From Thermoproteota archaeon (lineage in GTDB: Archaea > Korarchaeota > JAOZGF01 > JAOZFZ01), in contig JAOZFT010000004.1 in NCBI GenBank assembly GCA_027492035.1, forward strand, positions 288,001-352,000: a stretch of DNA of 64,000 nt. Reading direction: 5' to 3'. The notes under the pieces are model-generated. The model made no database searches. It worked only from the letters and a program-made list of their open reading frames with translations, and was not told where the DNA came from. The translations under genes and the position numbers were made by a program. Of the stretch, positions 1 to 10,381 are shown in pieces (position 1 is the stretch's first letter; every line of letters begins with the position of its first letter).

Positions 1-666
1 AGGTACTTCTTTTGTTACTCTTCCATAAATGATTCTGTTTCCATCAGGCTCAATAAATTCGATAGTTGCGTAGGGGGCAACCATTGCTGTTTGTTTTATA
101 TACTCTATGATTTTGTCTCTAGACCTTTTATAGTTTCCCTCAATCCATAACTCTATGATTGTCCCATGTTTATTTGTATTATTTAATTCAACAGCTTCTT
201 CTAGGTTTCTAGGTTCTGTGACAGGTAAATTGTTTAATATGTCAATCTTTATTTTTAAATCGGTTATGTAATCCTTAGTGATCGAAACAACATGTACTGG
301 CTTCTGAGTTGTTATTTGCCCATACATAACGGCCATTGTTCCTCCCATTCCGAACCTTCCCCTATGCTGTTTCATCATGTACTTTGAAGAATAAAAAACT
401 TTGCCGAAGCTTTCAGGTATGTTTTCTGGTGGAATACCAGGTCCGTTATCTTCAACTACTATCTTGAACATATTCTTCTCTTCTTCTTCCAGTTTCACTT
501 TTATATCAGGTAAATAACCAGCTGTTTCGCAAGCGTCTAAACTGTTTTCCACAAGTTCACGTACTGCAGTATAAAGTGCTCTACCAGGGTTGTCAAAACC
601 ACAGACATCCATGTTTTCATAAAAGAAGTCAGCTGGTGATTTCTCTTTGAAGGTTTCATTACCCAT
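1..666 (-). CDS. top6B: DNA topoisomerase VI subunit B (5' part; runs off the window)
   Basis: Manual translation from ATG 666: MGNETFKEKSPADFFYEN...RALYTAVRELVENSLDACE...VEDNGPGIP...QHRGRFGMG (GHKL ATPase motifs); not in the ORF track. Confidence 0.95.
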   Translation of the reverse strand, partial: MGNETFKEKSPADFFYENMDVCGFDNPGRALYTAVRELVENSLDACETAGYLPDIKVKLEEEEKNMFKIVVEDNGPGIPPENIPESFGKVFYSSKYMMKQHRGRFGMGGTMAVMYGQITTQKPVHVVSITKDYITDLKIKIDILNNLPVTEPRNLEEAVELNNTNKHGTIIELWIEGNYKRSRDKIIEYIKQTAMVAPYATIEFIEPDGNRIIYGRVTKEVP

Positions 667-823
667 TGCACTTTTCCTCTTTAATTTTGATGTTTATGGA
701 AAGAATTTTATTTTTTTTAAAATGTTTTAAAAGAATACTGATAAAGTAGTTATTCGTTCAAATTTAAATTATTTCCTTGCGATCGTCCTTTCTTGTTTCG
801 ACAATTTTTTTAGGTGAGAAGAA

Positions 824-1420
824 ATGCATTTTCTCCTAATAACCTTTTTCGCTGGTTTGTTTTCATTCATAACAGGTTATTATCTTTACCGTAAACTCAA
901 AATCCCCTTCACTAGCTTCATTTTTTCTCTCCTTCTTTTCGCATATTTAACCACCACTTCAGAAAACTTCTTCATTTCTATACCTTTCAACTACGTAGTT
1001 GATTTCGCTATGAACCTAGACACTTTCGTAAGGGGAAAATACTATGTAGCAGTTACATCTATTTTCCTGCATTTTAACTTTTTCCATTTATTCTTCAACT
1101 GTTTCGCTTTGTATCTGTTTGGAAAGTTTTACGAGGAAGTTTATGGTGTAAAGAAAGCATTCATTGTTTTCTTTCTTTCAGGAGTTATCTCAAATTTAGC
1201 ATACTCTGTTGCATTGCCTAAAGTTTACAGCTTAGGTGCTTCAGCCGCTATCCTTGGAATGTTCGGTGGTGTACTTTCCTATAAGCTCCAACATAAAACC
1301 AGTTTACTTCCAGACTTAGTAGTTGCCATTTTTTTAGTTTTAGGCGGCGGATTGCCTAACGTAAACATTGTAGCTCACTTAACAGGATTAGTTACTGGTT
1401 TTCTGTTATCTAAAAAATAA
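824..1420 (+). CDS. Rhomboid family intramembrane serine protease
   Basis: FLHFNFFHLFFN, GASAA (catalytic Ser), AHLTG (catalytic His); multiple TM segments. Confidence 0.9.
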   Translation: MHFLLITFFAGLFSFITGYYLYRKLKIPFTSFIFSLLLFAYLTTTSENFFISIPFNYVVDFAMNLDTFVRGKYYVAVTSIFLHFNFFHLFFNCFALYLFGKFYEEVYGVKKAFIVFFLSGVISNLAYSVALPKVYSLGASAAILGMFGGVLSYKLQHKTSLLPDLVVAIFLVLGGGLPNVNIVAHLTGLVTGFLLSKK

Positions 1421-1515
1421 AAAGGAAACACTGTAATGAAATATTCCTGAAAACAGGAACCTCCTTTGCGGAGGAGGAAAAATTATTTAAATTTTTCGAA
1501 AAATTTAAATAAAAA

Positions 1516-2511
1516 ATGGTAAATGATTACTTGATGAGAGAGAAAAGCGAAAAAACAAAAAAGAAACTGGTAATGGAAGAAATTACGAAATGTCCCTATT
1601 GCGGGGCAGATTCCAAGTATTTCTTCACAGACTCTAGGGAAGGAAAAATAATTTGTACAAAATGTGGGACAATAATCAGTGAAAGAATAATTGATAGGGG
1701 ACCTGAGTACCGTGTCTTTGACTCTGAAGATGTTGGGAAAGTAAGAGCTGGACCTCCTATTAGCCCAAGAGCCCTAGATTTAGGAGTAAACACAATAATA
1801 ACAGCAACAGGTGCAGAATACAGTGCAGGAAAAGTAAGGGACACGATTCTATATCACAGATTAAAAAAAATGGACAGCAGAACAAAAATGCATAATTCAC
1901 AAAGAAGGAATTTTGTAAAAGCAACCAGAGTTTTGGATAAAGTCACGCCAATCCTGAACCTGCCAGGTTACGTAAAAAATGAAGCCATAAAAATCTATAA
2001 ATACGTCCTACAGAACGATTTAGTAAAGGGCAGAAGTGTTGTCCCAATGATAGCTGGTGCAGTTTACATAGCCTGCCGCAGACACCAAATTCCACATCCG
2101 CTTAGACAAATAGCTCAAGCCTTCAATATAAAAGAGAAAGAACTTGGAAAAAGTTCAAGGCTTCTGATGAAAAAAGTAGGGATAAAAGTTTTACCTGCAG
2201 ATCCTGTAAGTTACGTACCCCAACTCTGTGCAAAACTTGGCCTACCCCCAAAAATCCAAACACTGGCTATGCAAATAATTGAAGAAGCAAAAAAAAGGAA
2301 CCTAGCCATAGGCAAAGACCCTAAAGGAACATCTGCGGCAGCTGTCTACTTAGCATGCAGGCTCCTAAAAGAACGGCAGACCCAACGGAAACTAGCTGAA
2401 TCAGCCGGTGTAACAGAAGTAACAGTTAGAAATAGGTACAAAAACATGAGAAAGGGGCTCATGGATTTAATAAATAAATATGAGAAAAAGAACAAAACAG
2501 GAGAAACCTGA
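1516..2511 (+). CDS. tfb: Transcription initiation factor IIB (TFB)
   Basis: Zn ribbon CPYC..CTKCG, GPEYRVF B-reader, two cyclin repeats, GVTEVTVRNRY. Confidence 0.97.
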   Translation: MVNDYLMREKSEKTKKKLVMEEITKCPYCGADSKYFFTDSREGKIICTKCGTIISERIIDRGPEYRVFDSEDVGKVRAGPPISPRALDLGVNTIITATGAEYSAGKVRDTILYHRLKKMDSRTKMHNSQRRNFVKATRVLDKVTPILNLPGYVKNEAIKIYKYVLQNDLVKGRSVVPMIAGAVYIACRRHQIPHPLRQIAQAFNIKEKELGKSSRLLMKKVGIKVLPADPVSYVPQLCAKLGLPPKIQTLAMQIIEEAKKRNLAIGKDPKGTSAAAVYLACRLLKERQTQRKLAESAGVTEVTVRNRYKNMRKGLMDLINKYEKKNKTGET

Positions 2512-2605
2512 AGGGTACCAATTCAGCCAGGCCGCATGGAGTTAATAAATTTCTAAAGTTTCTTGGCTGTTTTCTCGTTAAAACTCTTCCCTTTTACGTA
2601 TTGTT

Positions 2606-2908
2606 CTAATCAATTTCTATATTATCTTCGTTGAAGCCAAACTTCACCAGTAACTCAAGAGCCCTTCTCCTATGGTCCCCCTGCAGAATAATGTTCCCAT
2701 TTTTAACAGTTCCTCCGCAAGCAAGTTTACTTTTTAATTTCACAGCTAAATCTTGGACATTGATATCTTTCCCATCAAGTCCCTTTATTACTGTAACCAT
2801 TTTGCCAAATCTTTTCTTTTCAGCTGTAATAGTTATAAGCTGTTCTCCTTTAGCAACTCCCTCAAACAGTTCCTTAGGTAAACCCCACTTCTTCACTATC
2901 TCACTCAT
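2606..2908 (-). CDS. Translation initiation factor aIF-1 (SUI1 family)
   Basis: [31 protein letters not shown]. Confidence 0.95.
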   Translation of the reverse strand: MSEIVKKWGLPKELFEGVAKGEQLITITAEKKRFGKMVTVIKGLDGKDINVQDLAVKLKSKLACGGTVKNGNIILQGDHRRRALELLVKFGFNEDNIEID

Positions 2909-3198
2909 AGCCTACTTTTCCACCTGACAAAAGTAAAGCACTGTGCAAACCTTCCTTTATACTCTAACCCTATATCTCATTACCCTTTCACACACTAATA
3001 CATTATAATACCTTATTTAAATTTTTGCCAAAAACCAAAATGAAACAGGCAGCAAAACCAACTAAATTCTTTCCTTAACTTAAAAATTTTCAAAAAACAA
3101 CGGCCACAAAAAACAAAAAAATTAAAAACAAATAAAGATAAAAAAAGTAAACTTAAAACCTAGTAAAGGAAATCTTTTCAACATGGAAGGGTGCTTCT

Positions 3199-3342
3199 AT
3201 GTACATTTGTGAAAGATGCGGAAAAGAAATATCGCGAAAAGAACTAGAAGAAACACCAGGCATCCTAAGATGTCCAGAATGCGGCTTCCATGTCTTCATA
3301 AAGAAAAGGCCGCCGATAACAAAAAAGGTCAAGGCAATATAA
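3199..3342 (+). CDS. rpoP: RNA polymerase subunit P (Rpo12)
   Basis: 47-aa ORF below track cutoff: MYICERCGKEISRKELEETPGILRCPECGFHVFIKKRPPITKKVKAI. Confidence 0.92.
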   Translation: MYICERCGKEISRKELEETPGILRCPECGFHVFIKKRPPITKKVKAI

Positions 3343-3362
3343 AGGGAAAGGCGTAAAAAGTA

Positions 3363-4022
3363 ATGTTCACAGAACAAACACCGGAAAGAACACTAAAAAA
3401 AACAGTAACAAATAATAGGAACCCAGTAAACAAAATAAACAAAACAAAAAATAGCAACCAACCCAAAAAAGAAATAATAGACGCAGCAATAATAATACTT
3501 GTAACATTATTGATAAGTCAGCTGCTCTACCAAGTCCTAGCAATAACCCTAGGCATCCCCTTCCCAATACTCTATGTCTCAAGCCCATCTATGACTCCAA
3601 CCATAAACATAGGAGATCTAGTAATAGCGAAAAACATAAAACCAAGCCAAATAAAAGAAGGGGACATAATAATATTTAAAACACAAAGATCAACAGTCTA
3701 TCCCTACCCCATAATCCATAGAGTAATCAAGAAGGTGACAATAGACAACACCCTCTACCTTTACACAAAGGGGGATAACAACCTAATACAAGACCCATGG
3801 AACCCAATAAGCGAAAAAAGAGGAGACGAGATAATAGGAGAGCCCCTATTCATAATCCCGAAAATAGGATACGCGGCTATGTTCCTGCAATCGCCAATAG
3901 GAAAAGCAATCTCAATCCTATACATAATCCTCAGTTTTATCTACCTAGCGGGAACAGAGAACCTCAAAAAATTTTTAAAACCCAAAAACAAAAACAATAA
4001 AAAAGGAACGAAAGAAACATAA
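3363..4022 (+). CDS. Signal peptidase I (Sec11-type)
   Basis: VSSPSMTPTINIGDL, IIHRV, TKGDNN motifs. Confidence 0.93.
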   Translation: MFTEQTPERTLKKTVTNNRNPVNKINKTKNSNQPKKEIIDAAIIILVTLLISQLLYQVLAITLGIPFPILYVSSPSMTPTINIGDLVIAKNIKPSQIKEGDIIIFKTQRSTVYPYPIIHRVIKKVTIDNTLYLYTKGDNNLIQDPWNPISEKRGDEIIGEPLFIIPKIGYAAMFLQSPIGKAISILYIILSFIYLAGTENLKKFLKPKNKNNKKGTKET

Positions 4023-4056
4023 AGGAAAAGAAAAAATAAAGAAGAGGCCTAAGCAA

Positions 4057-6132
4057 ATGAAAAAAACAACGAAACAACAAAAAAACAAAGAAAAAAACCT
4101 GCCAAGTACTCAATTAACTACTTCAACAAAGATTCTGCTTAAAATAAAAAATATAACACTTACAGAAAAAACAAAGCAAGCAATAACTTACACGCTAGTA
4201 ACCATGGCATTCATACTCTCAATTTACATCCGTCTACAACCAGCCTTAAGATTCGGGCCATATTTAACAGGAGACGACCCAGTTCTACACTATAGGCTAA
4301 CAAAATACGTAGTAGAAACAGGAAAACTGCCAGAAATAGATCCATTAGCCTGGTATCCATGGGGACAACACGTAACGCAGGCATTCCCTATCTTACATTA
4401 CTACCTAGGAGCATACCTCTATAAACTAACTCACCTAATACTTCCAAACCTGGACCTCTATACGTTCACGGTATACGAACCAGCCTACTTCAGCTCGCTA
4501 GCAATACCCCTAACCTACCTGATAACAAAAAAAATATGGAACAGAACAGCAGCAATATTCTCAACATATTTCGCAGCTCTAAACGGAGGATACTTAACAA
4601 GGACAATAGCAGGATTCTACAGACATGAACAATTCGCAATTCCCTTCATACTACTCTCACTCTACTTTACAATAACAGCCACCCAAACAAAAACACTCAA
4701 AAAAACAATCTTATACTCCCTCCTATCAGCCTTAGCAATCTTCACTTCAGCGGGATTATGGAAGGGGTACAGGTACCTACCAACAATATATGCATTAACA
4801 ACCTACCTCCTAATTCTACTGGAAAAAGCAAATCAAAAAAACTTAATAGCATTAACCCTCCCAACCATAGGAGAACTTATAGCAATCCCTATTTATCCAG
4901 AACTAACAGCTCACAAACTCCAAATAGACCATTACTTGGTAATCTCAGCCTTTTTTGCGGCAGCTGCAACACCACATTTCCAGAAACAAAAAACACGCCT
5001 TAAAAAATCCTTGCCGCCAATAATATTAGGAGCAATAATTGTAGCAGCCACCTACACATTGCTACACCCAACACTAGAAGGGAGACTGCAACTAATGCTA
5101 ACCCCGATAAGACAGCCAAAACTAGGAGACGTAAGATACACAGTAGCAGAACACGCCTCAGGAACATACTTCTTAAACTACATAAACTTCGGAGTAATTT
5201 ACATGGTAGCAAGTATAGCCCTGCTCTTATGGAGAAGAAGAAACGTAAACGACTACTTAATACCCTTAACAGTGATAATTTCACTTTATTTCAGCATAAG
5301 CCTAGTAAGAGTAGCGCCGCTCTACGCTGCATTCCTAGCACCAATCACCGGAATACCACTGGCATACGTAATAAACAAACTAAAACAAAAATGGGACACT
5401 ATGTGGTATATCTACCGCCAAACAACCAAGAAAAAGAAAGCGAAAAAAAGGAAGATAAAACCAAACACAAAACTGATAACCCCAACACTCCTGCTAACCT
5501 CATTAATAATACTGACACTACCCTACACAGGCTACCAAGGCTACATAATGGCGCATTCCTACCCACTAGGGTTAGCAACCTACAAAGGAAACCAAAGCGA
5601 ATGGTTCCAAGCATTAGCCTGGATAAAAAGCAACACAACGCCAACAGACATAATAGGTTCATGGTGGGACTATGGTTATTGGTTTGAGACTTATTGTAAC
5701 CGTTCAACTTTAGCTGATGGTGCTACAACTAACAGTAGTCAAATTAAGTTGTTAGCTAGGGCTTTCATGTCTGATGAGGCTTCTGCTTGGCGTTTCTTTA
5801 AAAGGTTCAATGTAAGTTACGTGGTCGTGGATGCTTTCCAGGAAATGGGTATCGGCTCCAAGCATCCCTTCTATGGTTTTGGTACGGGATCTAACTATAA
5901 ATGGACGGCTATGGCTGCAATTTTTGGTGTTTCAGCTAAAGATTACGTTAAATTTCAACAGACGCAGCAAACCGGTTATTTGTTCCTTCCCACAAGTTTG
6001 GCCCTGAATACTACCATTTTTAAGCTTTGTAGTTACCCTGAGTTTGGGAAGCAGTTAGGTATTGAGTTACAGTATTTTGAACTCGTTTATAAGTCTGAAC
6101 CTTATCCCGTGTATGTTTACAGGGTTAAATAG
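4057..6132 (+). CDS. aglB: Oligosaccharyltransferase AglB (STT3 family)
   Basis: GDDP, WYPWG, TVAEH, WWDYG motifs; multi-TM N-terminal part. Confidence 0.95.
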   Translation: MKKTTKQQKNKEKNLPSTQLTTSTKILLKIKNITLTEKTKQAITYTLVTMAFILSIYIRLQPALRFGPYLTGDDPVLHYRLTKYVVETGKLPEIDPLAWYPWGQHVTQAFPILHYYLGAYLYKLTHLILPNLDLYTFTVYEPAYFSSLAIPLTYLITKKIWNRTAAIFSTYFAALNGGYLTRTIAGFYRHEQFAIPFILLSLYFTITATQTKTLKKTILYSLLSALAIFTSAGLWKGYRYLPTIYALTTYLLILLEKANQKNLIALTLPTIGELIAIPIYPELTAHKLQIDHYLVISAFFAAAATPHFQKQKTRLKKSLPPIILGAIIVAATYTLLHPTLEGRLQLMLTPIRQPKLGDVRYTVAEHASGTYFLNYINFGVIYMVASIALLLWRRRNVNDYLIPLTVIISLYFSISLVRVAPLYAAFLAPITGIPLAYVINKLKQKWDTMWYIYRQTTKKKKAKKRKIKPNTKLITPTLLLTSLIILTLPYTGYQGYIMAHSYPLGLATYKGNQSEWFQALAWIKSNTTPTDIIGSWWDYGYWFETYCNRSTLADGATTNSSQIKLLARAFMSDEASAWRFFKRFNVSYVVVDAFQEMGIGSKHPFYGFGTGSNYKWTAMAAIFGVSAKDYVKFQQTQQTGYLFLPTSLALNTTIFKLCSYPEFGKQLGIELQYFELVYKSEPYPVYVYRVK

Positions 6133-6144
6133 TTCTTTCCTTAT

Positions 6145-6167
6145 CCTGGGAATTTCTGGATTCCCAG
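6145..6167 (+). terminator. Hairpin downstream of aglB (possible terminator)
   Basis: CTGGGAAT-ttctgg-ATTCCCAG inverted repeat followed by T-rich sequence. Confidence 0.35.
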
Positions 6168-6605
6168 TAGTTTTGTAGCTTTTATTGAATATTTTCTGGT
6201 ATCCTCTTTCCTTTAGCTTTCTCTTTCGTGTCGATGTCATCCATTTTATTGCTGGGTTTTCTTTTAATTTTTTGGGTTGAATTCTTTTATTCTAGTAGAT
6301 GCATGATACTGGAGAATCTTTCTATTTATTGCTTTTTTGAGTGTTTTCCTCCTCTTGAGTTGTTTGCTTATTTTCCTTTTTTAGCTGTTTTTCCGTTCCT
6401 TTTTCTGTGTTCTTCCAGTTTAGGTAAAGAAAAGAAGTTTTGCCAGGTTACATGGACTCCTCAAGCTTATTCCTTTTAAAGAAACTTGTTGCAGGGTCAA
6501 CAATTAAGAAAGCTGTTGAGGAAGCAATTAAAGAGGTTGGTGTGGACCCTTTTTCAGAATTCAAACCCATTACTATCCTCTGTGGAGAGAAGGCCGGAAA
6601 CTATC

Positions 6606-7301
6606 CTAAACCCTCTTTAACCCCTTTTTTAAACCTTCAACTAAATCCTGTAATGCTTTTTTAGGGTTTTTTGCTTTTACAACTCCTGAAGAAATAAGTA
6701 CTCCCTCTGCACCTAACTTAATTGCTTCCTCCACATCCTCTTGGCTTTTTATCCCTGCCCCGCACACTACATGAATTAACCTATTTACATTTTTAATTAT
6801 TTTCACTGATTTTTTGAGAGTAGCTGGTTTACTTTTTGAAACAGAAGATGGCCCGCTTATTAACTCAGGCGGTTCATAAGCTATTATGTCTGGTTTGAAA
6901 GCTGTTAAGCTTAAACATTCCTCGAGAGTGCCTGCACATACACAGCTTAAAAGCTCCTCTTTCCTACATTCTGAAATCAAAAACCTAATCTCTTTTAGAT
7001 TGAGTGGATGTTCGGAATGATTAATTATTGTCCCTATTGCTCCTGCCTTTTTTGCAGCTAAAACCGTGAAGAAACCTGTGTTTCTACCTGGCTTTACCGG
7101 GTCTATATGTTGAGCTAAAACAGGCAGGTTGACATTTTTTTTTACTCTGTAAATGTCTGATGATTGAACAGCAGCTAATATCTCTACATTCTCGCTTTCA
7201 CGTACATTTTTAATTATTTCTGCAAGTTCAATAGCTTTTTCCCCTGTGGCTTCTGGATATGTTTTAAAGTTTATGATAATGACTGGAAAACTGATTTCCA
7301 A
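6606..7301 (-). CDS. tpiA: Triosephosphate isomerase (archaeal type)
   Basis: IINFKTY, AQHID, INHSEH, AYEPPELI, CGAGI. Confidence 0.96.
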   Translation of the reverse strand: MEISFPVIIINFKTYPEATGEKAIELAEIIKNVRESENVEILAAVQSSDIYRVKKNVNLPVLAQHIDPVKPGRNTGFFTVLAAKKAGAIGTIINHSEHPLNLKEIRFLISECRKEELLSCVCAGTLEECLSLTAFKPDIIAYEPPELISGPSSVSKSKPATLKKSVKIIKNVNRLIHVVCGAGIKSQEDVEEAIKLGAEGVLISSGVVKAKNPKKALQDLVEGLKKGLKRV

Positions 7302-7342
7302 TTTTTCTCCTCCAAATTTTTTGTCTTTTCAGTTGTGTAGGT

Positions 7343-8362
7343 TTAAGTTGTTACATCCTCTTTTAAAATAACAATGTTTGTTCTTCCATATCCCCTCTTC
7401 TCAAGTATGCCCTTCTCCTCCAGTTTAGAAATTATTTTTGAAACAGTTGCTTTTGAAAGACCCATTTTTAATGGAAGTTCTTTTTGCTCTATCTTTCCAC
7501 CCTCCTCCTTTATTATTTCAATCAACTTTTTCTCGTCTTGTGTCAACAAAGTTGTCTTTATTATTTCCCTCCTTCTTCTGAAAAACAGTATAGCTATAAC
7601 CCCTATTGTCAAGGAGGAGGTAATTATTAAGATTTGTGTAAGATAAAGTGGTTGAGGGCTTGGGGAGGGAGTGGCGCTATTTAGTTGCTGGCTTAAGTTA
7701 TAGGTTATCATTATAAGAGGGGACTCCCTAGTTAGGTTTACAAATTTCCAGCTGAACCTTTTCCTTAAACCTATGGATGTATTGATTACAGGTTTCGGGT
7801 TTATGACAGGTAATGGGGGAATAGGTAAAAGGTCTGCTTTCTCAGGTAAAAGCGCGGTTACGTCAACTTCCCCTATTCTGACGTATTTCAAAGCTTTAAA
7901 AATAAAAGTGAAAAACTTATGGTTTTCATTATTGACTTCATGCCTTATGTATGTTCTGCCTTCTGTTTTTTCAGGTGAAGAAAATGTTACAGTTAATAGG
8001 GATGTTTCCCCTTTCTTTAATGTTTTGTTTAAATCTAGTTTAAGAAATGTTTCGTTAATATTCAAGTTTGGGTTAAACACCTCAACCACTGAAACTTTGG
8101 CAGCATCTGAAAAAATATTTCTGGGAGAAATTGCGTAAATGAACAGCGTTGGATTGGTTAAATTATCGGTTTCTGCCCTTATTTTGATTTTCATTTCGAA
8201 ATTCACATTATTTCTTCCTAAGTCAATAAATACTTCAGCTTTTTCGATGCTGTACATTGCTTCATTATTAGGTGGGGCATGTAATGGTTGAAACAGATCC
8301 GGAAGTAAAATAAGTAAAACCGTGGAAAGTAAAATTGTTTCTGCTGCTTTATGATGTTTCAT
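7343..8362 (-). CDS. Membrane-anchored protein with extracellular domain and C-terminal winged HTH
   Basis: Signal peptide, one TM, then LTQDEKKLIEII..GGKIEQKEL..GLSKATVSKIISKLEEKG. Confidence 0.8.
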   Translation of the reverse strand: MKHHKAAETILLSTVLLILLPDLFQPLHAPPNNEAMYSIEKAEVFIDLGRNNVNFEMKIKIRAETDNLTNPTLFIYAISPRNIFSDAAKVSVVEVFNPNLNINETFLKLDLNKTLKKGETSLLTVTFSSPEKTEGRTYIRHEVNNENHKFFTFIFKALKYVRIGEVDVTALLPEKADLLPIPPLPVINPKPVINTSIGLRKRFSWKFVNLTRESPLIMITYNLSQQLNSATPSPSPQPLYLTQILIITSSLTIGVIAILFFRRRREIIKTTLLTQDEKKLIEIIKEEGGKIEQKELPLKMGLSKATVSKIISKLEEKGILEKRGYGRTNIVILKEDVTT

Positions 8363-8423
8363 CCTTTTTTCTTCACCTTTTCAGGGAAGTTAATTTTCTA
8401 TTTAATTTCTTTTTAAAGGAACT

Positions 8424-8996
8424 TTAAAGGAATAAGCCTTCCTCCATAAGTTTCCTTCTAACTTCGTAAATGGCTTTATATATTTCTTCCAATTTCTTTG
8501 TGCCTGTGCATACAAGTTTACCCGTTCGGAAAAGCAAAAACGTGGCTTTAGGTTTTTTTTGTCTATAAATTAAACCTGGGAATTGTTCAGGCTCATAATT
8601 CGCCCCTTCTAGCTTTAAAATAGCTTTTTCTAAATGTATCTGTCTTTTAATGTCTGCTGAAGCCACTATGTTTTCGACTTTAAGTTTTGGCGGGCTTTTA
8701 AGTTTTATCCCTATTTTTCCAAGTTTCTTAATTATCCTTTCTAAGGCGTAATTTGCATCTCTTTCAGATTGAGTGCCTGTGCATACAAGTTTACCTGTTC
8801 CAAAAATTAAGAATGCTGCTTTAGGCTTCTTTAATTTATAAATTAAGCCTGGGAACTTTGAAGGGTTATAGTCAGCCCCCTCAGCTTTTAATTTTTTTGC
8901 GATATATTTTAAATCGAGTTCTGTACCTAAGTCAATTGAACTTACGGTGTTTTGAACTTTCACTTCAATTTCTTCAACAGCCAAATGAATCGCCAC
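8424..8996 (-). CDS. tbp: TATA-box binding protein
   Basis: Two repeats YNPSKFPGLIY / YEPEQFPGLIY, each with FxTGKLVCTG. Confidence 0.97.
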   Translation of the reverse strand: MAIHLAVEEIEVKVQNTVSSIDLGTELDLKYIAKKLKAEGADYNPSKFPGLIYKLKKPKAAFLIFGTGKLVCTGTQSERDANYALERIIKKLGKIGIKLKSPPKLKVENIVASADIKRQIHLEKAILKLEGANYEPEQFPGLIYRQKKPKATFLLFRTGKLVCTGTKKLEEIYKAIYEVRRKLMEEGLFL

Positions 8997-9072
8997 ATCT
9001 TATTCTTGTTCCTCCCTCAAAAAAATGCAGGGATTTTGATAGGTGTTTAAAGTTTATTTCTTTTAGCTCTTT

Positions 9073-9864
9073 TTAAATTTCACTGCAGTTTCTGAAGTAT
9101 GAGCTGAAACTGCTGTAAAACAGATCTTCCTCTCTGCTGATTTTCATTTCCTCACTGAATGTTCCTTCACAAAATTCTACAGGAGCTTCTCTAACTAGAA
9201 CGAAAGGGGTTAGTTCGTTTCTCTCTTTCAAATAAAGTTCAGCTATACAGGCTAAATTGTCAGCCACAGCTCTCCTTGTAAATTTCATTTTCTTCCCATA
9301 CAAATCCTCCTTCCCTCTTTCATCTATAACTGGTTTAAAACCTGAAACGGCAAGTGCAACGCCTATGTTTCCTTTTCTTAAAGGCTGGGTTTTACTGTCA
9401 ACTATCAAAATCCCTACCTTTTTTCTTCCTGTCCTCCTCAAAATTTCTTCTCTGAAGTTTTTAGCCACCATCCAGGGCTTTCTTGGATGTAGCACAGCAT
9501 ATCCTTTAGGAACGTTAGAAAGATCAATCCCAGCATTCGCAATTAAAATTCCATCCTTTAAAGTATAAACCACGCCTTTGATTCCTCCAATTATTTCATC
9601 AGCTTCCCTTAAAATCAATTCAGCCAATGCAGCAGGTATATTGTACTTTTTGGCTAGTCTTTCCCCCTCAACACTTGGTTTAACACTGAATAAACTCTTT
9701 ATTCTTCCTTGGGAGACAGACACCACTTTACTTGTCACCACAATTATATCTCTGTTTCTAATTTCTAAATTGTTTAAATGTAAAGTTTTGAAAAAGAAGG
9801 TGTAAAGGTTTTCTCTGAAATTCATCACATTGCTTTTCAAACCGTAAACTTCCACAATGCGCAC
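9073..9864 (-). CDS. cofE: CofE-like F420-0:glutamate ligase family protein
   Basis: VVTSKVVS, ANAGIDLSN, PLRKG, DLYG motifs. Confidence 0.85.
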   Translation of the reverse strand: MRIVEVYGLKSNVMNFRENLYTFFFKTLHLNNLEIRNRDIIVVTSKVVSVSQGRIKSLFSVKPSVEGERLAKKYNIPAALAELILREADEIIGGIKGVVYTLKDGILIANAGIDLSNVPKGYAVLHPRKPWMVAKNFREEILRRTGRKKVGILIVDSKTQPLRKGNIGVALAVSGFKPVIDERGKEDLYGKKMKFTRRAVADNLACIAELYLKERNELTPFVLVREAPVEFCEGTFSEEMKISREEDLFYSSFSSYFRNCSEI

Positions 9865-9893
9865 CCCGCGTGGATGCTTTAAACCTTTAGAAC

Positions 9894-10031
9894 TTACTTC
9901 TTCCTCTTCTTATTCTCTCCATTACTTGCTTCTTCTCTTTTTAAGGCGTTTATTATTTGATAAGCCGATAAAACTACAGCTATTGCTGCCACCACCGCTT
10001 CCTGAAGTTGATAAAAACTGTATATGTTCAT
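9894..10031 (-). CDS. Small putative membrane protein (45 aa)
   Basis: MNIYSFYQLQEAVVAAIAVVLSAYQIINALKREEASNGENKKRKK; SD-like GGGAGTGA upstream; one hydrophobic stretch and a basic tail. Confidence 0.5.
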   Translation of the reverse strand: MNIYSFYQLQEAVVAAIAVVLSAYQIINALKREEASNGENKKRKK

Positions 10032-10381
10032 TCTTTCACTCCCTCCTCTTTTTTTATGAAAAAGGCATCTTTAAGGAGGAACCCTTTTTTAAATTTTCAA
10101 AAAAGGAAAAATTTTTTAAACCCTTTAAAAATAGGGAAGTTTTTGAAAACTTCAAGTTACCTCTCCTTCCTCACTCGAAAATTTAAACATAAAATTTATT
10201 AACCTTGCAAAAGGGGAGTTTTAAGGGTCATCAACTTTTTGTAACACCGTATAAACCATATGGTTTTTCAGTTTTCAAAGGGAAACTGGAGCCTTTTCCA
10301 TTTAACAATTGAGGGAAAATGGTTTGTTTAAATATTTCAAGGAGCATTTCCGAAACCAAGAAATTAAGTGGAAAAATTTAA

